In this document: piece after piece, positions 1-11,170 of the stretch | How positions within the stretch are numbered: the first letter of the stretch is position 1 | How the letters are laid out: the number at the start of each line of letters is the position of its first letter | Assembly: GCA_951406725.2 (NCBI GenBank) | Contig: OX597815.1 | Coordinates: forward strand, 139,872,001 to 139,936,000 | Direction of reading: 5' to 3' | Length of the DNA: 64,000 nt | Origin: Octopus vulgaris | Lineage: Eukaryota | The notes under the pieces: model-generated | Told to the model about the DNA's origin: nothing | Databases searched by the model: none | Seen by the model: the letters and a program-made list of their open reading frames with translations, nothing else | Program-made: the position numbers and the translations under genes

Positions 1-60
<60 letters not shown>
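1..60. repeat. (TG)n microsatellite, internal spacer of the adjacent SINE
   Basis: Pure TG run leading directly into the SINE 3' half. Confidence 0.99.
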
Positions 61-62
<2 letters not shown>

Positions 63-268
63 TGTGTGTCTGTGTTTGTCCTCAAAACATTGCTTGACAA
101 CTGATGCTGGTATGTTTACGTCCCCGTAACTTAGCAGTTTGGCAAAAAAGACCGTTAGAATAAGTACTAGACTTACAAAGAATAAGTCCTGGGGTCGATT
201 TGCTCGACTAAAGGCAGTGCTCCAGCATGGCCACAGTCAAATGACTGAAACAAGTAAAAGAGTAAACA
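61..268 (+). mobile_element. 3' half of the abundant tRNA-derived SINE family 1 (CORE-like)
   Basis: tgtgtttgtcc...aataagtactag...cagcatggccacagtcaaatgactgaaacaagtaaaagag recurs at about 4470, 4840(-), 35601(-) and 38360. Confidence 0.9.
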
Positions 269-1938
269 GAAACTACATGGAAGTCCATCAGATGCCATTG
301 TACTGTAATTCAAAGAAAAAGCTTTGAAACTCACTTTGTTACACTGATTGTGCCCAAGGATTAAATTTAGGTTACAAATGTCAGCCCCTTACTCACTTAC
401 TCAGCCCCTTAAGTGAGCAGATAGTTTGGCTCATTTAACAACTGAGAACTTGTAACAGAGACCACTAGAGATCTGTTTCTATTTATTTAAGTAATGTTGT
501 GTGGTATTGTAGATGTATCTGATTGAACAAGCTGTGACAAGGACTAGAAGTGTTACAGCTTGCTACAGCAACACTGTATGTCCAAGTAACCTTTTATTTT
601 GATAATAATGATTCTGAATGGAAAACATGCATGCACATCAGGAGGAGGAGGAGGAGGAGGAGGAAAAAGAAGAAGAAGAATGGTTTCAATGTTTGGTACA
701 AGGTCAACAATTTTAGTGGTGGTGGTATGTGTGTGGGGGGGGAGTCAATTTTATCACTCCTAGTGTTCAACTGGTACTATTTTATCAACCCCAGGAGGTA
801 ATTCACTTTTTCCAGAAAATAGTTACTGAAGTTTAAAGGTCGATAATTTTTACCCAGTTGTGTGTGACAGCATGTGTTGTCAACTGTAAACAAATGAAAT
901 ACTGGTGGAATACTGCTTTATGCATGCCATATAACTCCTCATAACTTTTTTATTTTGGGGGAATTTTTAAGAAAATTTTTGCAAATTTGTATTCTACATA
1001 TGGGAATTCATTTGATTATGCAATCCCTCACCACAGAAAAAAATTTTTGTGTGTGATTTAAGGCCTATTTAGCTGTTATTTTTTGCACATATCATGATCA
1101 TCTCATACCACATTCGATAAGTGGCATAAAAAAACATGTAGTAAGTGGCTTGGTAAGAGCTTGGCTTGTTGCTATGGAAGCAGGCACCTATATGTCTGTG
1201 ACTTTCGACTGGCTAAAATTGCCCAAGCTATTAACTCTTTATTTATTGATTTATGGTGAAAATAAATTTCATGTCAGTGATTACTTTATAAAATTACACC
1301 AATACGCCAAATATGAAATCAGCTGAAACAAAAATTGAAGAAATTGCAAAGTGGCAACCAAACAGAAAAGATTCTGATTCTATAGTGTGAGAGGCAAGTT
1401 TCTCCATTTATCCTTCTACTTTGATTTAAATCACATCTTTGCTCATTCACACAATCATCATGCACATCTTGTAGCTTCAAGAGTTTGATGATGTGATTTT
1501 TAAAATGACATTGTAAGGTAGTTGTGAGAGACTGAATCTGGTCAGTTTTAACTTAGAACCCGTACAATATTTGGGCCTGATATGATCAGATTTAATGCTA
1601 AACAGTTTGATTTTGATTTGATTTTTGATTTTTCCAGTTTCAGCTAATGAGCTGTGGCCATGCTGGGGCACCGCCATTTGTTAAGTATCTACAAAATATG
1701 AATGTATGTCTCAACTTCTTTTCTCTTTCACACACAGTCTAGAAATCTAGTAGCAAACTTTGCTTCTTCCTTCCCCCACTCATTTTATCAGATCACTCCC
1801 TGATCCACCATCATGCTTTTGTTTGTGTATGTGTCTCTATAACTACATGTCTGTGTGTGTATATGTGTGTGTGCTTGTCAAGGGGCTCATCTGTATATGT
1901 GTAGTCAGTATACCTCCAGTTCCATTTGACCTTTGCCT

Positions 1939-2049
<111 letters not shown>

Positions 2050-2756
2050 CTTTGTGTTTGTGGTCAATACTACACCTCTTTCCATTATGAATTTTCTACC
2101 ATGCCACCAAGACAACAACTTCATTTCCTCTCTCTTTCTCCTTTCCACTCTCTCTCCCTTTCTGTTTTGCTCAGTCACTCCCTTCCTTACTGACAGACAA
2201 AAGCCAAACAGACTGTCCCTCCTTGACCCCTTCTGAAAGGGTCATATGTGAATATGAATAGTTTTTCTGTTTTTTTTGTCTATACTTCCATGCAAGTATG
2301 AGTTAAATCAGTGATTCTAACTGGAGTTCATATGATCCCTGATGAACTTTATAAGACTTTTGGGGGTTCACACAAGTAAAATAGTAAATTAGATCAACAG
2401 TAGTATTTTCAGGGTTCATGAAAAAATGATCCTTTGGATGTATGTATTGCAAGAAACAGCTAGGATTCTTTCTCTAATGTTTTACATAGTTCAGCTTAAT
2501 ATGAGAAAAACAAAATAGGAATTTTGAAAGAAGCATCTAAACATCCCAAGGCTCTGGGGGTCCACCAGAAAAGAATAATAATATAGGCACAGGAGTGGCT
2601 GTGTGGTAAGTAGCTTGCTTACCAACCACATGGTTCCAGGTTCAGTCCCACTGAGTGGCACCTTGGGCAAGTGTCTTCTTCTATAGCTATAGCCTCAGGC
2701 CAACCAAAGCCTTGTGAGTGGATTTGGTAGATGGAAACTGAAAGAAGCCTGGCATG

Positions 2757-2789
<33 letters not shown>

Positions 2790-2974
2790 TACGGAGATGT
2801 ACTCGCATAGCAAGTAATTTGATCTGAGATCGTGTGCTAAAACGAAAACAATTGCAGCGTGGAAGGTGTTTATAAGCCATTTAAGAAACACACAAAAGCC
2901 GTTCGATTCACTCCAACATTTAAGTTTAATTTGTCAAAATATTTTCGTCGCTAAAATCCGCGACCTGTTCACTG

Positions 2975-2978
<4 letters not shown>
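2790..2978 (-). mobile_element. Penelope-like pseudo-LTR relic in (TA)n with a variant hammerhead (2931-2978)
   Basis: Minus strand reads ttgtca-GTGAACA-g-gtcgc-ggatttta-gcgac-GAAA-atattt-tgacaa; (TA)n on both sides. Confidence 0.55.
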
Positions 2979-3025
<47 letters not shown>

Positions 3026-3230
3026 ACAAAATGAGAAAATGGAGAAATATATCTAAATCTATAAGCGGGACCAGCCATCTGAATGTGGCTAGGGACAGGG
3101 CGGGGTGGTGGGGGTGTTACTGATGCATTTAGCCCCAGGCGACTATAGACGTCACCAGGAGAGCCGACACCATCACGGTGTCCTTGCTAGCCTGTAAAGG
3201 GAGATCAGCCTCCCGAAGATACGGATGCTA

Positions 3231-3272
3231 CACACGGACCGGTTTCGAGGTATTGCCTCTCGTCAGCGCATG
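3231..3272 (-). ncRNA. Minimal type I hammerhead ribozyme (inverted unit)
   Basis: Reverse complement of the motif at 3436-3477. Confidence 0.8.
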
Positions 3273-3435
3273 GCAAACACCGTTCTTCGTTGAGGGACTT
3301 CCTCTACAGGCTAGAAATATATAGATTTTCACTGTAAACACAGTGACTGTGTTTACAGTGTTTACAGTGATTACAGTGAAAATCTATATATTTCTAGCCT
3401 GTAGAGGAAGTCCCTCAACGAAGAACGGTGTTTGC

Positions 3436-3477
3436 CATGCGCTGACGAGAGGCAATACCTCGAAACCGGTCCGTGTG
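3436..3477 (+). ncRNA. Minimal type I hammerhead ribozyme
   Basis: atgcg-CTGACGA-gagg-caata-cctc-GAAA-ccg-GTC-cgtgt: canonical core, 4-bp stem II, palindromic ACCGGT stem III, GUC triplet; predicted cut after 3471. Confidence 0.85.
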
Positions 3478-3794
3478 TAGCATCCGTATCTTCGGGGAGG
3501 CTGATCTCCCTTTACAGGCTAGCAAGGACACCGTGATGGTGTCGGCTCTCCTGGTGACGTCTATAGTCGCCTGGGGCTAAATGCATCAGTAACACCCCCA
3601 CCACCCCGCCCTGTCCCTAGCCACATTCAGATGGCTGGTCCCGCTTATATTACAGAGCAGTTACTGTTTATACCTCGCTTAGAGATTTATTATTGTTATC
3701 GAACAGATTTTCGACGCCAGTGACTGTGTTTACAGTGAAAATCTATATATTTCTAGCCTGTAGAGGAAGTCCCTCAACGAAGAACGGTGTTTGC

Positions 3795-3836
3795 CATGCG
3801 CTGACGAGAGGCAATACCTCGAAACCGGTCCGTGTG
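3795..3836 (+). ncRNA. Minimal type I hammerhead ribozyme (second direct unit)
   Basis: Identical motif; CTGACGA at 3801-3807, GTC at 3828-3830. Confidence 0.85.
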
Positions 3837-4120
3837 TAGCATCCGTATCTTCGGGGAGGCTGATCTCCCTTTACAGGCTAGCAAGGACACCGTGATGGTG
3901 TCGGCTCTCCTGGTGACGTCTATAGTCGCCTGGGGCTAAATGCATCAGTAACACCCCCACCACTCCGCCCTGTCCCTAGCCACATTCAGATGGCTGGTCC
4001 CGCTTATATTACAGAGCAGTTACTGTTTATACCTCGCTTAGAGATTTATTATTGTTATATCTAAATCATTCATCAACTATCAGATAATACCGAATCATAT
4101 ACTTTATTAAAACACTACAT

Positions 4121-4437
4121 ATCATCATCATCATCATCATCGTTTAACGTCCGCTTTCCATGCTAGCATGGGTTGGACAGTTCAACTGGGGTCTGGCAAG
4201 CCTGAAGGCTGCACCAGGCCAGTCAGATCTGGCAGTGTTTCTACAGCTGGATGCCCTTCCTAACGCCAACCACTCCGAGAGTGTAGTGGGTGATTTTATG
4301 TGCCACCGACACAGGTGCCAGACGAGGCTGGCAGACGGTCACGCTCGGATGGTGATTTTTATGTGCCACCTACACAGGTGCCAGACGAGGCTGGCAGACG
4401 GCCATGCTCGGATGGTGTTTTTTTATGTGCCACCGAC
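4121..4437 (-). mobile_element. Non-autonomous retroelement with RTE-type 3' tail and internal ~60-bp tandem repeats
   Basis: Minus strand ends ccaacccatgctagcatggaaagcggacgttaaac(gat)n and carries ggcgttaggaagggcatccagctgtagaaa; same family at 25185-25665(+). Confidence 0.7.
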
Positions 4438-4839
4438 ATATATATATATATATGCGTGTGTGTTGGTGTGTCTGTGTTTGTCCTCCCAACATCGCTTGAC
4501 AACTGATGCTGGTGTGTTTACATCTGCGTAACTTAGTGGTTCGGCAAAAGAGACCGATAAAATAAGTACTAGGTTTCCAAGGAATAAATCCTGGGCTCGA
4601 TTTGCTCGACTAAAGGTGGTGCTCCAGCATGGCCGCAGTCAAATGACTGAAACAAGTAAAAGAGTAAAGGGATCCATAGGTAGCAAATGGTTGAGAACCA
4701 CTGGGTGAAATGAACATGTTATTGAAGCGTTCTTTTACAACCGGATGCCATTTTGTCATTAACCCTTACTTGTATTTCAAGTATGGGATCTCTTATTTCA
4801 CTTATCTTCAAAGCTTGCAAACATCTTAGTGATATGTTC

Positions 4840-5993
4840 TTATTCTTTTATTCTTTTACTTGTTTCAGTCATTTGACTGTGGCCATGCTGGAGCACCACT
4901 TTTAGTCGAACAAATTGACCCCAGGACTTATTCTTTGTAAGCCTAGTAGTTATTCTATCGGTCTCTTTTTGCTGAACCGTTAAGTTACAGGGGACGTAAA
5001 CACACCCAGCATTGGTTGTCAAGCGATGTGGGGGGGGGGGGTAAAAATGCAGATACACAAACATACATATATACATATATATGACGGGCTTCTTTCAGTT
5101 TCCGTCCACCAAATCCACTCACAAGGCTTTGGTCGGCCTGAGGCTATAGTAGAAGACACTTGCCCAAGGTGCCATGCAGTGGGAATGAACCCAGAACCAT
5201 GTGGTTAGTAAGCAAGCTACTTTATTTCATATAATTTGCCATTTAGGCATTTACAAAGAGGGGACAAACAAGGACAGACAAATATAAAGGGTGAAGTAGC
5301 TTAACAGTTAAAATTTTCGAATGAAATTACGGATAAGATTATAAACAATGAGTTTTACGAAGACAATGTTTAAAAATATTATTAATGATCATGTCGAAGG
5401 ACGGACACCCAGTCATCCGGGTAGAACCTTTACTTTCTGATCCGGTCACACTTACCTGGTGCCAAACATACCCAACTTGCATGCCACAGGCTTCCATCTT
5501 TTCACAAACATATCTCGTGACAGACACCTCTTCTCCAGCCTGATTTTGCTACTGAGGTGGTAACTAAAAAAGTTAATCAACCCCTGGTCGGAGACAAAGG
5601 TGCCTGTCACTATACCTTTCATACGCGTCTTCCATACTGTTTCTTTCAGTATGGCTACTACACAGAAAAAACAAGCCTTTCTTTCCCTGTTAAGGAAAGG
5701 AGGCGGCACAATCTCGATGATAGACTTAGCTGATAGCTGTACTCTTCCCATCACTGACAACAGTTGTTCAGCAAAAGCTATCAGTCCCGATAACTCCGGA
5801 CACTCCACGAATGTGTGCAAGACGGTCTCCCTATCCTGCTCACATTGCGGGCATGTCGGCGAGACGGCACTACCGTACCTTGACAGCTTGTCGCGAACAG
5901 GTAAAGCCACACGGAAACACTGCCAGGCCAGGGATTTCTGGTAATTATCCAGATACCCCGGCCCGAACTACCATACAGCCACTCCTGTGCCTA
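4840..5993 (-). mobile_element. SINE family 1 copy whose tRNA-like head is interrupted by a Tx1 LINE fragment
   Basis: SINE sequence 4840-5220 resumes at about 5968-5993 (taccatacagccactcctgtgccta). Confidence 0.8.
5221..5967 (-). mobile_element. 5'-truncated L1/Tx1-clade LINE: ORF2 C-terminal zinc-binding region plus 3' UTR
   Basis: ORF 5452-5910 ALPVRDKL...CPQCEQDRETVLHTFVEC...VWKTR is a zf-RVT-type CCHC motif typical of Tx1/L1 ORF2 ends. Confidence 0.8.
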
Positions 5994-6079
5994 TATGGGA
6001 AAAAAATAACATCAATGTTTATAGCTCATAATTTACATTGAGGCTGATGTAAATAAACACACACACACACATTTAGACT

Positions 6080-6465
6080 CAGGCATGGCTATATTGTAAG
6101 GAGATTGTTTCTTAACCACATGGTTCTCTGTTTAGTCCCACTGTGTGCCACCTTGGATCAGTGTCTTCACAGTAACTCGATGCTTACCAAAGCCTTGTGA
6201 ATGAATTTAGTAGATGGAAACTGAAAGAAGCCCAGTGTATGTGTGTGTATCTATGAGTATGTGTCTTTGAGTCTGTGTTTGTTCCCCACCATTGCTTGAC
6301 AACCAGTGATGGTGTGTTTACATCCCCATAACTTAAAAAAGAAACGAGTGAATGGGTAATAAGCTTTAAAAAAATGAAGTCCTGGGGTCGATTTGTTCAA
6401 CCAAAACCCATCAAGGTGGTGCCCCAGTATGACTGCAATCAAATGACTGAAATATGTGAAAAATA
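6080..6465 (+). mobile_element. Degraded SINE family 1 copy
   Basis: Head, (TG) spacer and tail recognisable with heavy CpG decay. Confidence 0.75.
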
Positions 6466-6760
6466 AATATATTTGTGAGTGTGTGTATGTGTGTGTGTGT
6501 GTGTAAACAACAAACTTCTTTTAATTTCTATCAACTAAATCCATTTGCAAGGCTTCAGCAAGCTCATGGTTTTTGTTGCACAGTGGGTTTGAACCCAAAA
6601 TCACATGGTTTGGAAATGAACTTCTTAAACCACACAGCCATGCCTGCACCTTATGTGAAGCTTGTATTTTTTATATTTCTGTATGAATTTCTATCATTAT
6701 TGTATGTGAAGATTTCTGTAATGAACTGATAATTTGCTTTTTTTTTCCTTTTTCTTGCAG

Positions 6761-6777
6761 CTCCTTTAGCGCTAATG
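6761..6777 (+). CDS. Candidate 17-nt coding microexon of an unidentified host gene
   Basis: Strong polypyrimidine tract ending ttcttgcag, donor ATG/gtaatt; joins in frame to 7366. Confidence 0.35.
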
Positions 6778-7131
6778 GTAATTTTTCAACAATAACAGAG
6801 ACAGCTTATTGGGTTCTATCATCAGAAAATGCAGGCTATTTTTCACCTTTGCCAAAATTAGAAATAGTTATCATGTCTAAACTTTCACCGATGCTTCACA
6901 AGGAATTAACTAAACCAGGGCCTGAGGTCAATATATAGTCTTTGAACATGCTCTGGGGTCAATATGTATATACTCTTTGATTAATAATCATACATGTGAT
7001 CAAGTTATCATATTGTACTTAATGTAAAAATCTGCCATTAAGATATGAATAAAGAACATTTAGAAAGAAAGGTTGGAGAGCAAGAAAATTATCCTCTAAT
7101 AGTTCAATAACAGACTTCTTTTCTTTTCTTT

Positions 7132-7200
<69 letters not shown>

Positions 7201-7365
7201 TACATATAGAGAGATTTATAACTACTGGGTCAGAGAGAGAGAGAGAGAGAGAAAGAAAGGGAGAAGAAGTAAGAGAGAGTTAAGTATAAGAAAGATCTAC
7301 TTTATTGATTAGAAGAAATATTGCCTTGGTTATTTATTCAATAGACTGATTGTTATTGATTGCAG

Positions 7366-7436
7366 AATTTCAACAGATGATACATTTGGAAAAATCTCTG
7401 ATTTCAATACCCTGCTACATTGTATGCGATGAGTAA
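7366..7436 (+). CDS. Candidate coding exon; spliced to 6761-6777 reads SFSANEFQQMIHLEKSLISIPCYIVCDE*
   Basis: Acceptor ttgcag at 7360-7365; only one frame is open across the junction; ends at donor GA/gtaaga (after 7432) or stop TAA (7434-7436). Protein not recognised. Confidence 0.35.
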
Positions 7437-8493
7437 GAAACAAGACATTAATAGAGTCATCTCTTTGACTCAATGCTGCTTTCTGGTAGAATTGTTTTGT
7501 CTGTTTGAAATATTCTCATATCTCTTGCTTCCTTCACCTCTACAATGTTGAAACATTTCAGTATTTCTTCAAGAGATTTCAAAATAATTATTGTTCTTTT
7601 TAAATTAATTCTTGTTTATAGCCACATATTTCAAGTTAAACCAATTTTGATTTTCAAAGCAATTTTATTATAGATGACCAAACACTGCCATAACACTCAG
7701 CAACATTAGTGCCACCACTGCCACTGCCACCATCACCATCATCAACACCACAACCAGCACCAAGCTCAGTGGTCACCTACACCACCACCTCTACTATAAA
7801 GTTATTGAACACCGTTACTACCTCACTTATAGTAGTTTACACAACAACACAAACTATTTTTACCATCACCATTAATACTATATGGCTATCTACAAACACC
7901 ATCAGTGGTTCATCATCTTCATCATCATCATCATCATCATCATTTCAGGTTTGTTCTCCATGCTGGCATGGGTTGGAGAGTTTGATTGGAACTGGTGAAG
8001 CAGGTGACTTCACCAAACCTTGCTGTCTGCTTTGACAAGGTTTCTATGGCTGGGTGCCCTTCCTGATGACAACAACTTTACAGAATGTACTGGGTGGTTT
8101 TTTATGTGACACCGCCCCCAACAAATCACTTAGTACCTTGCAAGATGGTGGAGAAGTAGCATTGAGGAACAAGAAGAAAGGAGTCTTCCTGAAGGGCAAA
8201 CATGGCTGTGTTGGGTGGGAAGAGAGTGAAAAGAGAAAAGAAAGTGATTATTATTATTATCATCACTACCACTGCCACCAATACTATTGTAGTAACTTAC
8301 TAATAAAGCAGTATAGTGGCCACTCATTATCTTTAACCCCCATTACTACCACAACTGTAATGATCACCTACCATACTCTTTCAGCATGCTTACACACTAC
8401 CATCAGCATTTCTACTGTTACTCACCATGATTACTGCCAACAGGTCAATTACAGAGGTTACACAACTTCATTATCTCTTCTTCAGTTGTTGAT

Positions 8494-8735
8494 GAAAGTG
8501 CATGGGCTAGTGGTTAGGATGTTGCACTCATGATTGCAGGATCATAGTTTCAATTCCTGGACCAAGCAGTGCAATGTCTTCTTGAGCAAAACACTGCTCA
8601 AGTCCACTCAGCCACAAATGAATGACCCTGTGATAGACTGACACCTGCTCAGTTGAAATGCTGTGATTCTGATCTCTTATACACCACAGAAACTTGGAAA
8701 CTGGTCCTATGAGGCCCAGGACTCAAGATAATAAT
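8494..8735 (+). mobile_element. tRNA-derived SINE family 3, degraded
   Basis: tgggctagtggttagg...tttcaattcc head and ttcttgagcaaaacac body; homologous to 10150-10450 and 17745-17999(-). Confidence 0.7.
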
Positions 8736-9412
8736 GCCCAGAGTACTTACTTCCCTTTTGTTTTTCTTATTATTTCACTTGTTATCAAACTTTCATTAGT
8801 TTTGCTAACTCTACAGTTCTGGTTGTCCACGACTGACCCCATTATGAAATCTACTAGAGTGATTACCTACTGCCGGTACTACCATTGCCTCTATAGTAGT
8901 AATTACCCTCTAGTGTTTTAATCATTTTTACCCACCATCATTACCATCACTTCTTGTATAATGGGAACCCATCCTCATTATCACCACAACTTTTATTGTA
9001 GGGGTCACAACCCAAAACTTCATTGTCACCATTTCTACAACATTGGTTACTCACTGTTTATTAGCACAATCATCACCCCTATGGAGTTTACTGTCACTCA
9101 TTACCACTCCCAACTATAATAGTTACTCACCACAGTACAATCACTATCACCACCACCACCATCATGACTCTATGTTCTGAGTTCAAATTCTGTCAAGGTC
9201 AAATTTGCTTGTAATCTTTCAGGGTTAATGAAATAAATTAAAGTTAAGCATTTGGGTCAATGTAATTTATTTTATTTAGTCCTCTCTCTCATAATTGTTG
9301 GCCCTGTGCCAAAATTTGAAATCTTTATTATTATTAATATCATCATCATCATCATCATCATCATTATCTTGACTGTTTACCTTTGTGAAGAGTTATGTTA
9401 ATCCCTTTTTAA

Positions 9413-9527
<115 letters not shown>

Positions 9528-9886
9528 TATGTCAAAATATGAGAGCAATAAATGTAGGGTTGGGGATGTGGTCTAGACATCATTACTCACTGGATATTTT
9601 TCTCATGATTATCACTACAAATATCATCTATGTCATCTACAACAACAGGTCCCATATGTGTTGTGGGATAATGCTCTCAGGGTCGCAAAGATAAAAATCT
9701 TTCCATTTTGAAATGCTTACATTTAATAAAAAGGTTGGTGTAACCACATGCTTTTAGCATTGGCTCTCACAGAGAGTGGAAACAAACCTTAAACTATGAG
9801 CGCAAGCTCACCAATGTTTTATGAGTGGAATTAGTAAATAGAAACTGCAAGAAGCCTATATATATATATATATATATGTATATATA

Positions 9887-10112
9887 ATCAAAATAAGCAA
9901 CACGGATATCCAGAGGTAATGCAGTACGATCGTTTCATGCGACTCCATTTAATTGAACTATGCAAACATTACATCAATTTAAAATGTAGAGCAATCTTCA
10001 GCTGCACAAAAAAACATAGAATTTAATTAAATTTGAAGGACACATTAGTATAATTTTATCCAAAATCTCCAAGAGGATATGGAGATAGACAAAGAACATG
10101 TATATACATACA

Positions 10113-10148
<36 letters not shown>

Positions 10149-10700
10149 TGAAGGAACATGGCTCAGTGGTTAAGGTGTTGCACTCATGATTGTGAGATTG
10201 TGTATTCGATTCCCAGACCAGGGCTTGCACTGTGTTCTTGAGCAAAGCACTTTATTTCACATTGCTCTGCGATCATTTCATCATCTGACATGTGGCACAC
10301 GTTGCACCTGTACAGGTAATGCCGATTTGATGGGGTGACTGAACTTATGTGTACACAAACATTTGATCACTATAAATGAATCATCTGTGTGGTTCTTTGG
10401 TAAGAAATTGTCAAACCCTCTTATGTTGTCTAACAATGGGAGAATCCATCAAAATTTGATACTGATTAGAAGATCGAAAATCCACCTGAAGATTGTCGGA
10501 GCAGACATGAAACATTTGTAGTGGCGGTTTATTTAATTTATATTAAAATTTTATGTATTGATTAAGTCTTTCCTTGTTTGGTTTTAAAATAGTGGTTTTG
10601 TCTCGAATTATATTATATAATATTTTACTATAAAATTGGATTTAACCCTAAATCTGATTTTTCCCTGTAATTTTGGATTCATTCCCTAATATTTATTATT
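9887..10700 (+). mobile_element. Penelope-like pseudo-LTR relics in (TA)n, interrupted by a family 3 SINE (about 10150-10450)
   Basis: (TA)n flanks; HHR at 10482-10524; HHR 3' half GAAAC-gatc-GTA on the minus strand near 9925-9940. Confidence 0.55.
10482..10524 (+). ncRNA. Minimal type I hammerhead ribozyme motif
   Basis: ccac-CTGAAGA-t-tgtc-ggagca-gaca-t-GAAAC-attt-GTA-gtgg. Confidence 0.65.
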
Positions 10701-10779
10701 ATATATATATATATATATATATATCTACATACATACATACACACACAAACAAACACACACACACACACACACATGTAGC

Positions 10780-11170
10780 TTTATCTTTCATGTTTTACAT
10801 GTTTCAGTCATTTGACTGTGGCCACACTGGGGCACCACCTTGAAGAGTTTACAGTCAAACAAACTGACCCCGGGACATTTTTTTTTAAGCCTTGCATTTA
10901 ACCTATTAGTGTCTTTTGTCAAATTGCTAAGTTCCAGAGACGTAAACTCATCCACACTAGTTTTCAAGTGGTGGTGAGTGACAAACACAGACACAAAGAC
11001 ACATAGACATAGATATATACATATACACATGACAGGCTTCCTTCAGTTTCCATCTGCCAAATACACTCACAAAGCTTTGGCTGGCCTGAAGCTATAATAG
11101 AAGAAACTTACTCGAAATCCAGGACCAAGTGGTTGGGAACCAAACTTCTTACCACACAGCCATGCCTATA
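10780..11170 (-). mobile_element. SINE family 1 copy, degraded
   Basis: Tail, spacer and head all present in reverse orientation. Confidence 0.75.

Larger units (their letters stand above)
3060..4055 (+). mobile_element. Hammerhead-containing 359-nt repeat array (one inverted plus two direct units); retrozyme-like or PLE pseudo-LTR
   Basis: About 3061-3345 is the reverse complement of about 3370-3648; direct units have period 359 (HHR cores at 3442 and 3801); flanked by tatatctaaatc at 3048-3059 and 4056-4067; no ORF. Confidence 0.85.
2584..4667 (+). mobile_element. SINE family 1 copy: head 2584-2750, tail about 4455-4667, internal microsatellite invaded by other elements
   Basis: tRNA-like A/B boxes (tggctgtgtgg...ggttcagtccc), CORE-like gcaccttgggcaagtgtctt, tail matches other copies. 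Confidence 0.85.
2309..4703. mobile_element. hAT-type MITE (about 310 bp) split by a 2.1-kb stack of younger insertions
   Basis: Ends CAGTGATTCT...AGAACCACTG; degenerate 8-bp TSD agttaaat/ggtgaaat; both halves align to the uninterrupted copy at 17437-17696. Confidence 0.7.

Noticed and set aside
1170-1345. Similarity to 54920-55080
   Set aside because: Old dispersed repeat fragment without ends or coding signal; cannot be classified.
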